Source of the DNA: Phoronis australis
Taxonomy: Eukaryota > Animalia > Phoronida
Assembly (NCBI GenBank): GCA_002633005.1
Contig: NMRA01000219.1
Coordinates: forward strand, 1-55,133
Reading direction: 5' to 3'
DNA: 55,133 nt
Within the stretch, counting starts at the first letter, position 1. Each line of letters opens with the position of its first letter. The notes under the pieces were generated by a model. It saw nothing but the letters and a program-made list of their open reading frames with translations, did no database searches and was not told where the DNA came from. Made by a program: the position numbers and the translations under genes. Shown here in pieces: positions 1 to 11,841 of the stretch.

Positions 1-1081
1 ACGTTGATATATACACCCCAGTGCAACGCAGTGGTTTCGAAATTAGAAGTTACGTATCGACCAGGGTCGGTGCCCCCTCAATAATTTTTACCTTCCTACG
101 GGCCTGCTTAGACCATGACAAGTCATTCAAAGGATTTTCGGAACTATCCAAATGTTCCGTTGTCGTGCACGTTCACGGAGCCTCTCTAGTGTTTGTTGAT
201 CAGTATATTCTTTTTCGCACTGATAGCGTGTGAAACCTAACGATCGACCTGTGAAGTCTTCGTCGGATGAGCTCTCACGGTCTAAGTCGGGATTGTGACT
301 ACATGTAGTTGCCACGTTGACGGTTATTATTGTTCGCTCTGAATTATTCTCACCCTAACTGGTGCTTATATAAAACTGAAACAAAGCCTGTCTCATTAGA
401 TACAATTTGTCGTGCCTTGGAGTGTTCGTTAGTGCAAATGTTTTGAGAATCCAGTAATAAATAAATCACTGCGTTACCGGCTTTAGATGCAATAAAGTAA
501 TTGACCTGGCACCGACGCCGTGTGAGCGCATGCTAATTGCAGTGTGTGCTGACAGAAAGCTGTTGTGAAGCAATTACTCGATTTTATATCCCTATGGTCA
601 GATGTTAGGGGAATCTTTATTTAGATGTTAAATACATTATTTCATTCATTGTTACTGTACAACTTTTGTCCTGACGGTTCTGTGGAAGGGTAACCTGACT
701 TCGCCGCCCCCAACGAACGAACTAGTTAGTAGAAGCGGTTAATTCTCCAAAATAATCACGTGCACATTATTTCTTTGGCTCATCAGTATAGTCTTTTCGT
801 GAATGTGGAAGTTTAGTTTCCAACCGTACTTTGGCTGGTTTATCAGTGTTCACGATATGATGTCTTCATTCCGGCCGCGATGGGCCTGATCGCCGGGGTT
901 CCGAGCCACTGGCCGGGATAGCAAGCGTTTTGTGTGTTTAGCACTGAAAAAATCGCAAGTCTAAAATTACAGCACACATCTATGTTCTCCTGTCTGTATT
1001 TCACGGACGGATAATTCAAAATTATCACCGAACAGATCCCATACTCCTGCAACCCTCCTTGATAAATTGGCCTAAAGTACC

Positions 1082-1980
1082 TGTCAGACGATTGTCTGTG
1101 TGGGTTTGTTTAAAAGGTAGCTATGCTTTGAAGTTGTGCGTAGATGGAGAGTGAATAATCAAATCCAGTAATTAATTTATTATATGATAACCCCTAATTA
1201 GACAAATGAAACCTATTGTTAATTAAGTAATCAACTACAAAGAGAAACTACGCTAGCGCCCTCTTTAAAGATTACTTTAATCAAACATCCAAACGATCAA
1301 ATGTCTTATCTGCTATCCAAGCTAGGACTCTCCACGTGTTGGATGTCTGTCCTGTTGGTGAATCTTCGAACTACACACACACTGTTTAGCAACAGTGTAC
1401 TTGCTGGTCACCGTCTCTGGTGATGCAACACTTGCAGGCAATTTCTTCTACCCGCGACTCTTCTTGCTGGTCACAGTCTCTGGCTGATGACGCAACACTT
1501 CAGGTAGTATCTTACTACCCACAATGCAAGTGACGAGCTCTTAGTTAACTTCCGGTTCGTTAACCCTTGCCCTTGCCAAGATCCTTTCCAGAATCTTCCA
1601 CGAGATGGCTCTGTCGTACAATTGCTTCTGTACACTGTAGCAAGTCTTTACGCTTCAACTACTATAGCGCATCTGATTATCTTGCTGATTTCAGCCCATA
1701 ATATAACATTCTACTTATTTAGTGATTGGCTAATAAAAACCACATGATCATATCCACTCGTATTATTGGCTGTTACAATTTGTTCTCAGAATATTCTAGA
1801 ATCTCTGAGTACTTTGACCCCAGAACCCAAAGTTGTAAACACCATCTAAAAATAGATTCTGACGTTAAAATACATGTCAACAAGTCTGACCCCATGATTT
1901 AAAAGTACATATGCACAAATTTTGGGCAACTTAAAATGGATCTATTCTTACTAATTACTTAATCAATATTTATTCTGACA
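1082..1980 (-). mobile_element. Solo LTR of an LTR retrotransposon
   Basis: Inverted termini TGTCAGA...TCTGACA with a perfect 5-bp target-site duplication GTACC (1077-1081 and 1981-1985). TATATA box (~1700) and ATTAAA (~1280) read on the minus strand. No coding sequence. Confidence 0.8.
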
Positions 1981-2659
1981 GTACCGAACTTAATTTGTAG
2001 GCTATGGTACGTTCAAACATCTATAAATCCGTAACAGCCAAAAATAACACGTATGTTCAATAACTCGATGTAAGGGTTTTACATCTACTTTTGATGATTC
2101 ATTGGTGTAAAACGATGAATTCAAGTGATAAGCTTACACCAGTAAACGTGTTGTGAACTGCTGAACAGATTGGGTTCTAACCTCTGACGTCATTGGTTAA
2201 TTTCAACACCTCCGTCTGCCGTCGGGTGTCAGGTAAAAGAGCTTTGGTAATTGCTGTCATCGATCTAAATTGATACATGTTTTTTGGGTGTCATTCTCCT
2301 TTAATAATGTGACACTATCTTCCCATTTTTGTGTGGATTCGAGATATTTTGCGCAGCCTAGTGGCCATTTTTATTATTTTCAAACCTTTTTGGCTTCCTC
2401 CCCTCTATTAACCAAACCACTCTGAGGATGATAGTGAAAATTGGCATATAAGTTCCTACTGTGACGATGATTTCGACTGCTGTGGTGCCTCCTAGTGGCG
2501 GTATCTCCTAAACCCTATGTAGAATCTTTTAATAAATGTGACAAGAGTATTTAGATGAAGATGACAAAAGACGACGACGACTTTCGTACGTATCCGACAA
2601 ACGCCGTGCCCCTTTGTAGCAATTTCATTTTTCCGTTTTCCTCAGTTTCTTTGAACGCA

Positions 2660-4130
2660 CAGTATGCGATTATGAACAAAGCCGAATATTCTGACAAACT
2701 TTGTCGATTAATTAGTGATCCTGAAAAGTTTGCAGTTCGCCGTTAGGCCCAACGTTCTCAGAATATACATGTACATGTCAGAAGTTGAAGAACGGATCGC
2801 TCAGCATATCGGCAAAATTGCCATCTATGTCCGCTATGTCAATGATATCTTTGTAAATTGGTGAACTGCTGTACCTTCAGGCCTTGCTTGAGTCCAATTT
2901 TAAGTTCATGTATGAGTTGCCTGTCTGTGAAAAGTTGCCTTTTCTCGATATCCTTGTACATTATTGTGACGGTGGGTTTCGTACTTCAGTTTATCATAAA
3001 CCCTCGGATATTGGTGCCTGTTTACATGCTAAAAGTGATTGCCCCGAACGCTACAAGTTAGTGGTTACCTCAAGAGTGCCGCACCAGATATCATCTGATT
3101 GGCAAGCATGCAACTTTGAAGTTCAACGCATCAGGCAAGTTCTAGTTAACAATAGTTATACTGATTCTTTTGTTGATAACCATGTTAGGTCTTTCATATC
3201 TAGGATCGGCTCTCATGTAGACACTGAACCTAGTACTAGTACCACTAAGAACGCGCATTATAAGAACTGTATGCCACTGAGTGACGAACATGTGCTTAAG
3301 AAGATTGCAAGGGTCAAACCAGGTGATAGATTGAATGTGATTACAGAATATAAAGTCACGTCACATTAATTGTCATGACAAACAACCTCAATCGTGAAAG
3401 ATTACGACAAGTGGCCAAATATAATGTTGTTTACCAATTCACGTCATATGGACGAATGTCTTCGTCATCATTCTCCTGGGCAGCGTTACTTTGGACACAC
3501 GGTGTGTTCTCTCTCGCGACGGTTGTCTATGCACTTGCAGGTTAGGGGATCCATTCAAGATCATTTTGTACACCAACATGGCCGGAAAATAAGTAGGCAA
3601 GAAATAGTAGACTAAACCATTGTTGTAATCGTCAACATCTATTCGTCCTTTATCTTTCTGTGGTGTCTTGTGATTTGTCAGTTTTATGGTTCCCCGGATG
3701 CTTGTTTTATTTAAACTGCTGGCGGGAACCCTGCTGGCAGTCTTTCAGCAAGCAATCAGGATGTCAGGGATGGGTACCTGGATTGGGTTTTACTGAAGCT
3801 TGAATAGCTGTGTTTTAACTGGTGAGTACTTCTAGAGGCCTAGCTAATGAACCTGCAGTAATACAACACCATCATTCGCTATGTTGAAAATGACACATTT
3901 CGGCTAAAGCTTTTGGAATCGCTATTAATCAGTCACGAAAACCTGTGCTGAATGAGCAGCTCACAGGTGCATTGATGATTGATGTACCGCACGCTGGCTC
4001 TGTTTCGATAGGGTTGCGGGCTTCCAACCGTCTGTTGCATTCACACTCTCTGCTTGCTCTCTTCCCGCTGTCACGTGTATTTCACTGTTTATTTCACTAT
4101 GTATATGTTCATTCCACTCATTGCCTGATT
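2660..4130 (+). mobile_element. Decayed Penelope-like retroelement (RT C-terminus + GIY-YIG endonuclease)
   Basis: RYVNDIFV (degenerate YVDD, ~2831) and KLPFLDILV...TSVYHKP (ORF 2884-3369). Then YFGHTVCSLSRRLSMH...SIQDH (3394-3615) and, after a ~240-bp interruption, NTTII...LKLLESLLI...KPVLNEQ (~3860-3960). Stops and frameshifts throughout; boundaries approximate. Confidence 0.85.
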
Positions 4131-4689
4131 ATGACTAAACAAATTATTATAAGGTCAGTTTTTGGAAAACTGCTATAAGGGTGCAACGGAGTGCCAAATT
4201 TGGCCGAAAGTAGCCATTTTTGCCACACTAAATCAAAACATGCAAATTGGAAAGTGAATTCGATAGTTATGCCATTAAATTATTCAATCGTAGTCCTTTC
4301 AAAACGTATCACTCATTTGTCATCAGTTTCCTATACATGCCAATAAAATGCATTTAAACATGTCTACTTCGGCGCCTAATTTCGTTAGAAAATGGAGGCA
4401 CAGATCATGAAAAGAGAACCAATGGATGAAAATTCTTCAAAAGCGAGATTTTTGTACATCTCACCAAACCAAACTCATACGCCAAGTCTCAGAAAAACTT
4501 TTGTGATTTTTGGTATAGACTGTACTTGTTGGCTTTTATACTGAATCACTCGTTGACTAATATTAAGAAAACTTCATCCCTCTCAGTGTCCCAAACACCT
4601 CAGACCAAAGTAAATTCATCATTTTCTGTGAACATATAACGCAAAAAGCGCCTCCAAAATGTAAAAAGCTATGGCCGCACAGTAACTGA

Positions 4690-4830
4690 ATTGGCAGATC
4701 CAGGATTTTTAAATGGGCGAAGGGGGGGGGGNTTCTTTGAAAGGGAGGTCCAAGTCAACAATTTGAAAATTCTAGATTTGACGTCACTAAAATCTAGGGA
4801 TAAAGGGGCCCGGACCCCCTGGATCCGCCT
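4690..4830. repeat. Short GC-rich MITE-like repeat (GGCGGATCCAGG family)
   Basis: ggcagatccaggatt...cccctggatccgcc inverted ends; related copies at 15957, ~17100 and 39827. Confidence 0.6.
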
Positions 4831-5026
4831 ATGAAGTGATATTGCAACAGCAATACTCATTGGTTGAAATGTGACTGTGGATCCACGATAGCTAGTGAGA
4901 GATTTGCTGAAACATGCAGTGTGAATCATCAACTCCTTGTGAAAAGTTTTGTATCCTTTCATTTCTCTTTACTTTGTCATATTTGTCACGTCAAACAAAC
5001 CTGAAAAACATTAGTTCAAGACGTTT

Positions 5027-5431
5027 TGCTCGGTTGCATGAAACGGTCCCAAACAGGTACTCAATTATGTTTCTTAAATGTACTGCACACTTGTGGACTC
5101 TTGAAAACATTGATTTTCTTTATTATCGTGTTTAAATTATATTACTAAAGCAGTTTTCGGTTTTGATACACATCGCGAGTGAACTCCGCATTGAATTCTC
5201 AATATTATTACAAATAAATAGGGATCTTTTCATGCAACACATCTAATGTAAGGACTAACTGAAAGCCCCTATTTAGTTTCACTGAATTAAGGATTCAGTT
5301 TTTAGTTATATTATTGAAAAATGTCATTTCTCAAAGAAGAGTTGAAAATAAAGACAAGTGATAGCGTCTGTGAGTAAAATGTAGGGAACTTAGTTGAGTA
5401 CCTATTGGGGACGGTTTCATGCAGCCGCGCA
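5027..5431. mobile_element. MITE with ~45-bp terminal inverted repeats
   Basis: tgctcggttgcatgaaacggtcccaaacaggtactcaattatgtt pairs with aacttagttgagtacctattggggacggtttcatgcagccgcgca. Non-coding interior. Confidence 0.7.
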
Positions 5432-6837
5432 CTGATCCCCAAGTATTCTTTGTGTTTATTACCCGTGGGAATGACCGCAGTGACACCTTCAGTTGGTTTC
5501 GAATGCTGTTATTGAAAGATCTCATAAGAAAGACTGACAGATCACCAAAAGAAAATTGAAGAATTTTACTGAGAATCCACCTATGCCTTGCTAACTTTCG
5601 TGTTTTTAAGACATATTCCGCTTCAAAAATTGTTAGGGGACATTGGCTATATCTTGCTTGTGGCTATATTTAATGCTAATTTCACAACTCATTACAGAAG
5701 TGTGGTTATTCTTGTTCATGTCAAAAAACCCGTTATTTGTAATAAGCCGTGTCTTATGAGAGTTGTCTCTTTTGTTCGCGAATTCAGTGTGATGATGATG
5801 AAGTAGTTAGGATGTTTAATGAGGTTTTTAAAATTTTTGTTGTACACTTTAAGATCAGTATTTTTGGTTTCGCATTCGCGTGAGTCATTTGAGAGAGAAT
5901 CTAGACGCTTGTACTGTCAATAACGATATTTTACCGATGCCATTATACTATTAATTTACCACGTGTTTTGCATGTGTGCTTGTATTTGTTAAATTTCTTA
6001 GCTTTAGTCGGGAAGAGCTTTTTCTTTGAAACAACGATCATATCTAAAATGCGATAAATTCAGATATTAATTTCTTTTGCTTAAGAGTGTTCGGAAAGTT
6101 TATACGTCTGAGATCAGTTTTTAAAATTTGAGATAGATTGGCCATTCGTGGGATGAAAAATCTTGACATATTTGGTATTTGGAGATTTGAAAGTTGTCTA
6201 AGTGTCGATTGAAACTTCAACTGTCCCAAATCCAAATAAAACCTGCCTGTACCTCCCTGGTCAGACGTCCGAGGCCTTATCTTTTCCTTTTCCCATTAAT
6301 TTGAATGTCCTTGTGAGTGGCGAATTGATGACGGAATTTCCAAAACAACCAAAGGCTGAACTCTGAATTCAAGGAGGTTTAATAGTGAGCATGAGAGTTT
6401 TCAGTTTTGCTTTAACTTGTATGCCTATCAAAGATAAAATTCAGAGTTTGAGCATGCAGCCCCTATGTCAAAGTCAGAAATTCCCAAGTTAAATGATTGA
6501 GGTCATTAAATTGCCTTCGAGATGTGCGTAATTTGCTTCTACTTATAGCTAATTTCATCATTTAACCTGGAACTTAATTGCAAGAAATGACGTATCTTGT
6601 GCTTCATCTTGACCTTATCTCTACTCTTGGTTGAAGCACAACGAACACTCGGCCATTTGACGGAGATTTCCCAGGTCTGACTGCGCGTTTAGACTCGGAA
6701 ATCACCTCTTGGCAACAGCCGGATTTCGCAGTAGGTCTACTTTAGTAGCCAGCATCCTGTGGTTCTTGGGTTATAAACAGCGTTATTTGCAAAACCAGAG
6801 TTTAAATAATTCAAATTCACGAAAGTCGTCTGCAAAA

Positions 6838-7870
6838 TTTATCTTTAATAATATGGATCAGGGGAAGCTAACTGGTGCTGTCTTTGTTGACCTTAAGAAA
6901 GCCTTTGACACTGTGGACCATGGTATCCTATTGCAGAAACTAGAGTCATATGGAGTTAATGATAACGAACTCCTTTGGTTTAGAAACTACTTATACGACC
7001 GTAAACAGGCCACCAAATACGGTGGTATACTTTCTGACTACTNNNNNNNNNNNNNNNNNNNNNNNNNNNNNNNNNNNNNNNNNNNNNNNNNNNNNNNNNN
7101 NNNNNNNNNNNNNNNNNNNNNNNNNNNNNNNNNNNNNNNNNNNNNNNNNNNNNNNNNNNNNNNNNNNNNNNNNNNNNNNNNNNNNNNNNNNNNNNNNNNN
7201 NNNNNNNNNNNNNNNNNNNNNNNNNNNNNNNNNNNNNNNNNNNNNNNNNNNNNNNNNNNNNNNNNNNNNNNNNNNNNNNNNNNNNNNNNNNNNNNNNNNN
7301 NNNNNNNNNNNNNNNNNNNNNNNNNNNNNNNNNNNNNNNNNNNNNNNNNNNNNNNNNNNNNNNNNNNNNNNNNNNNNNNNNNNNNNNNNNNNNNNNNNNN
7401 NNNNNNNNNNNNNNNNNNNNNNNNNNNNNNNNNNNNNNNNNNNNNNNNNNNNNNNNNNNNNNNNNNNNNNNNNNNNNNNNNNNNNNNNNNNNNNNNNNNN
7501 NNNNNNNNNNNNNNNNNNNNNNNNNNNNNNNNNNNNNNNNNNNNNNNNNNNNNNNNNNNNNNNNNNNNNNNNNNNTCTTAATCATGTCATTTTTTCATTG
7601 TCGTAAATACTCTCATTGTCTAGAGTCATCTCTTAATTTATTTCATCTGTCTTAGTTAATTTTTTACCATTATTTGTCATTTAGTTATTGTCTTAATTCT
7701 CAACCTTAACTGTTTTAATTGTATCTTTGTTACGTATATTTCATTGTTGTTTTATTACTTCATTGTATTATATTACTGTTTTTCTTGTTGAGGGCCCTCT
7801 TGGAAAGCAGTGCTGTCACTGAAGAGGCCACCCTCATTTTAAATATCACAATAATAAATAAATAAATAAA
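6838..7870 (+). mobile_element. 5'-truncated CR1/L2-group LINE (RT fragment, assembly gap, 3' UTR and tail)
   Basis: MDQGKLTGAVFVDLKKAFDTVDHGILLQKLESYGV...LLWFRNYLYDRKQ is a typical non-LTR RT segment. After the gap: AT-rich 3' UTR, stem-loop gagggccctcttgg...gaagaggccaccctc and (AATA)n tail. Confidence 0.85.
7043..7575. other. Assembly gap (533 N)
   Basis: Run of N. Confidence 1.
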
Positions 7871-8833
7871 ATAGCCTCCTCGAATTTATGATGTTGGTGT
7901 TTTTTGACATTTTTGTCAAACCACCACTCGAAGGCAATTTGATGTTGATCAAGTGGAAGATGGTATTTAAAGATTTTTTTTTCGATGCTGGTTTCGTTGA
8001 GATTCATGCACATTTGAGTAGAAAAATCTGAGCATCCGGATTTTGGTGTCCAACCTTTATGTTTTATTATGTCAGTGACGTCAATGGTGATCGAGGAACA
8101 GATAACTCAAGTGCCTGTGATTACACCTGTCAGTTGCGTAGAAGTACATTGAAGAGATTTGTGCATAATGATTAACGGCTCTCCACTCACAGTCGTCCAA
8201 TCATTATTGTTTTAAGACAACTGATAACTCTGCCCTGTTATTGGCTAAACACAGTAGGCCTATGCAAACTTCTGTTATGACCGCGTGTACTTCAGAGGTC
8301 GCTGTGTAAACCGTAAGTCCCTGACCGCGTAAACAAAGTCAGCCAACAGACGATGGCAGTACATGTATCTAAAGCAAAGCATGAATAGCCATGCCAATAT
8401 AGCAGACAAAGACACCAGAGAAAAACACCGGGGTTCGTATAATAAACCAAATATAGGCCGATTCTCTGGGCATATCAGCCTACATGGACCTCAGGAAAGC
8501 CTCTGACAACGTTGCTCTCCCTCGATCTTTCAATGTATAACATGAGGATATTGCATTCTAGAGCTGTCTGCATCTGTATAATCATGAAGTAGAGTCCTCC
8601 TTAAAAAGACACCAATCGAGCACATAAAACGAGCAAGGAGAATTATTTCCAAATAACTACAAATGATAATTCAAAATCTTCTAATACAATACACCACTAT
8701 CAAGGAAGTACAAGACATAGAGGTCTGCTCGAAGGAAATCCCAAAGGTCTTGAATCATAAAACCAAATTGGCTTTCCCTTATTGCAATAACACTTCTCTG
8801 CCCTCACGAACCGCAAGGATCAATTGCAATATA

Positions 8834-10345
8834 TCAGGTGTCGCAAAAAATGAGCCAATTTTGACAAGTAATTTCTAAGCTACGAATAAGCCAAAATTTT
8901 CAATCTTCTTACAGATGAACCTTAGGATATCATCAACAAATGTACATAATATCAAAAAATCTGTTTCCAACTGTGTGAGTACTGTCAAATTAAAAACATC
9001 AGGTCAAAAAAAAATGTCAGAGGGAAGCTCGCTTATTTCAGTCTATGCTCAATATGGCTTCCATCTTAATCGGAAGCCGTTTCTTCCAATCACAAAAGCC
9101 TTTTCATATTTTTCTATCGAGATTTCCTTCCATGACATGATTATCATTTCTTTTAACTCCTGCTCAGTTATTTTGTCTCTCAATTCGTGGTAAACTTTCT
9201 CCTTCAGGGAGTCCCATGTGGCATAGTCCATTGGATTTCAGTTAGGACTGAGCGGAGGCCATTCATTCTTTTTGATGAATTTTGGTGTGGCCATCACCAT
9301 TGGGTTATCTTGCTCGTGTGTGAAGGAGGCCCATTTTACTGAAACACGTAATTGTTTCCAGGATAAAGTCGCCTGCAATCCGGTAGAAGATTTTCATCCA
9401 AAAACTCCATTTAGCGTTTGCTGTTAACTTTGGCTCTTCCCAGGATACATAAACCAGTATTTTTTTTTTGAAAAATATGGAAGTAACACGATAGAGTCGA
9501 AAAGGCTGAATTTCTTGTTTTTGTTTCCCATAAACATAATAGTTTTGGCGATTTTTAGTGATTTCTAGCGTAAAGTCTTTTTCGTCAGTGAAAATGATTC
9601 TTTTCACATCAGTGGCTGAATAGCAGTCATGCAAGTAGCGGTATCGAGTTTTTTTTCTTTTACTTTTGACATTTTTATCTCTCCTTGATACCCACATTCT
9701 TTTGAAGGGTTTAGCTCCATTTCTGTGCACAGAAATTTGCACAGAAATTTGCTCACTTGTAAATCGCTTGCGACTTCTCTCAGAGATTTGTAATTCCCGA
9801 GATGTCCTTGTGGGATTGAATCAGTTTCTCAACACGATCCTCGTTTTTTGAACATGCAGTTTTGGGTGTGCCACTTTTACGTGTATTTTAACAATAAGTC
9901 TACTGTGGCACTACTCCACCCTTTTTCTGGGAACTCCCTCATGCTTCTTCTTCCGCCACACCCTGTTTCATTGACACAGGTTTCAATAGTAACTTTATTA
10001 CTTTCACTCAAAGGCATGCTTACAAATCGGAATATTAGACATAACGTATTTGGATACAGATCTGACAATAAAAAACAACAGTCTTGAGACCCAGGCAGGC
10101 AATTTTTGACTGACAGGTGCTCCTGAGCACAGTATGAACACGATGGCAGTTACAGTGATATTGCACTTTTCACCCTGCTATATTGAATTTCACAGTTCTT
10201 TCATGATTGTTTACATTTCTCTGAGAAACTCTGTGGACTTGTTGATAACACCCTGAAGATACATTATGAAAAATTTGAACGAATTCGGTTAGTCAATTGC
10301 TGAAAAATTATTTTCAAAAAGTGGCTTACTTTTTGGGGTACATGA
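8834..10345 (-). mobile_element. Tc1/mariner DNA transposon (probably maT/DD37D type), full length, dead
   Basis: Imperfect ~110-bp TIRs (tcaggtgtcgcaaaaaatgagcca / tggcttactttttggggtacatga) flanked by TA. Encloses a disrupted transposase. Confidence 0.85.
9003..10017 (-). pseudogene. Tc1/mariner transposase pseudogene
   Basis: N-terminal MPLSESNK...REFPEKGW, IIFTDEKDF (first Asp), FQ*NGPPSHT (second Asp region) and EWPPLSPN*NPMDYATW (third residue Asp). In-frame stops and frameshifts. Confidence 0.85.
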
Positions 10346-10467
10346 TATATACAATAAGAAAAATTGTAAAAGCAAAAGAAGTGCCAATATGTTTGAAAGA
10401 AGGTTCACGAGAAAGGAGTTCTATCAATGGGAATTTCAATTACAGATAGTTATAACACCATTGCCTA

Positions 10468-11841
10468 CTATTCGCGAATCTTAACGTATGCAAGGAAATT
10501 TTCTATTACTTTGACGATGCTAACGCGAACTCTATGGCTGAACGCAAGATACCAAATTGGATATAAGATTGCATTGAGGTAGAAAACCAACCTGCAAATT
10601 TTGCCCGCTTCCTGTGTTACATCAATGATGGAGATAGCGTGAGGAATCGAAGTCAACCAGAAAGGAAAGGAAACACACACGAATGTGGTTATCATAATAA
10701 GACCATTCTTTGTAGCATTTCCCAAACTTTTAGAGTCCCTTCGCGAGCTATTTTGGCGAAATCCTACTATTCTTCTTCTGTTTTTCTCGGACGATATGTC
10801 CGAAAATTGTGCACCATGTTTGGAACTTCGTTTCGTAAGTGAAATACTCCTGGTGCTTGTGGAACTGTCCGACTCTCCCATTGATCCGCGCTTTCTCCTT
10901 TCCGATTTCTTCCCTGGTTTTGTACTAAACGACTCATGCGCCGAGTGGAATAACTGTACGGAATTGTCGACATCATCATTTGAGCTTTGATAAGTGGCGT
11001 ACGGCTGAAACCAATAGTTGCTTGTACGGGTCACGCAAAATATCGAAGACTGGCTAGATTTTAACTTCCCATTGTCTGTCCCATTAAATGCGATTTCACC
11101 ATCAACGCAGTTTGGCGAAATTCTATTTGAAATGGTAGGCAAGTAAAGATTGTACGCCTTGAGAAGAGCATAATATGAGTACGTGATCATAACAACACCA
11201 TTTAAAGCGATGACAACTACGACAATCACTACAAATGCGACCTCAGGGGCTGACGAGCCCTCGACAACATTGCTCAATTTTTCCATTCTTTCGAAGGGAC
11301 TGACAATACACGGTTCGTTAGCATTGCTCAATCCTATGAAAAGTGTAGCCACGGTGCTTTTAGCAATTGCCAAGATCCACGTTTGAACTATCGACTTTTT
11401 GATAAGAGAGCGCCGTCTGTCTTGTGACAGCGAAGGCTTTCGCATGGTTCGTAAGCGGTAGCGACCAATGCTTGCGAAATTGGTCCAATAAGCTATGGAA
11501 CAGACGACGGTTAAAAAGATTTCGGCGTATCTGAAACTGGCAATTTCAATGCCTTTCAAAATAGCGAGCGAACACAGCATGCAAAATGTTAAAAGGATAT
11601 TGTTTGCACATAAACTGATTAAATGCATATTTGGTGGCGTTTTCAAGCTTGGAGCGTTCAGAATTGTTACGATAAGGACAGTATTACTTATAAAGGAGAC
11701 GATGATAATCGTGTATAGATATATCATGCAAGCGCATTCGAGGTGGTTACAATCGACTCCACCATACTCTGCTGACATATTTGAAGATGAATTGAAATCT
11801 ATTCCTGGAGACCTGGTGGCATTTCCTTTACTAGTCTCCAT
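10468..11841 (-). CDS. Intronless orphan class-A (rhodopsin-like) GPCR, ~457 aa
   Basis: Long intact ORF from the first ATG at 11841, with N-terminal sequons (NAT, NSS, NMS) and seven hydrophobic segments. Motifs: SN in TM1, LKTPPNM in ICL1, TM4 W, TM5 SYY, a long Ser/basic ICL3, TM6 FxxVSFPF, TM7 NAILYPIWY and helix 8 SHRVR. Confidence 0.9.
   Translation of the reverse strand: METSKGNATRSPGIDFNSSSNMSAEYGGVDCNHLECACMIYLYTIIIVSFISNTVLIVTILNAPSLKTPPNMHLISLCANNILLTFCMLCSLAILKGIEIASFRYAEIFLTVVCSIAYWTNFASIGRYRLRTMRKPSLSQDRRRSLIKKSIVQTWILAIAKSTVATLFIGLSNANEPCIVSPFERMEKLSNVVEGSSAPEVAFVVIVVVVIALNGVVMITYSYYALLKAYNLYLPTISNRISPNCVDGEIAFNGTDNGKLKSSQSSIFCVTRTSNYWFQPYATYQSSNDDVDNSVQLFHSAHESFSTKPGKKSERRKRGSMGESDSSTSTRSISLTKRSSKHGAQFSDISSEKNRRRIVGFRQNSSRRDSKSLGNATKNGLIMITTFVCVSFPFWLTSIPHAISIIDVTQEAGKICRLVFYLNAILYPIWYLAFSHRVRVSIVKVIENFLAYVKIRE

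Larger units (their letters stand above)
6190..8119 (-). mobile_element. Older, inverted copy of the P-like non-autonomous element at 17223-18340, interrupted by a LINE
   Basis: 6215-6375 resembles the reverse complement of 18080-18245, and 7875-8119 that of 17223-17465. Right end gataactcaagtgcctgtg resembles the TIR; left end not resolved. Confidence 0.65.

Noticed and set aside
2415-2445. Minimal hammerhead near the Penelope element (CTGAGGA...GAAA)
   Set aside because: Stem II does not pair and flanking stems are not evident.
6709-7606. 200-290 aa ORFs in the track
   Set aside because: Their length is an artefact of the N gap; only the RT fragment at ~6840-7042 is real.
7790-7836. Hammerhead ribozyme (GAAA...GTC...CTGAAGA)
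   Set aside because: No room for stem I between GTC and CTGAAGA. Better explained as the LINE 3' stem-loop.
10468-11841. GPCR as an opsin (Glu near the TM3 counterion position)
   Set aside because: The TM7 position equivalent to rhodopsin K296 is Tyr, so there is no retinal-binding Lys.
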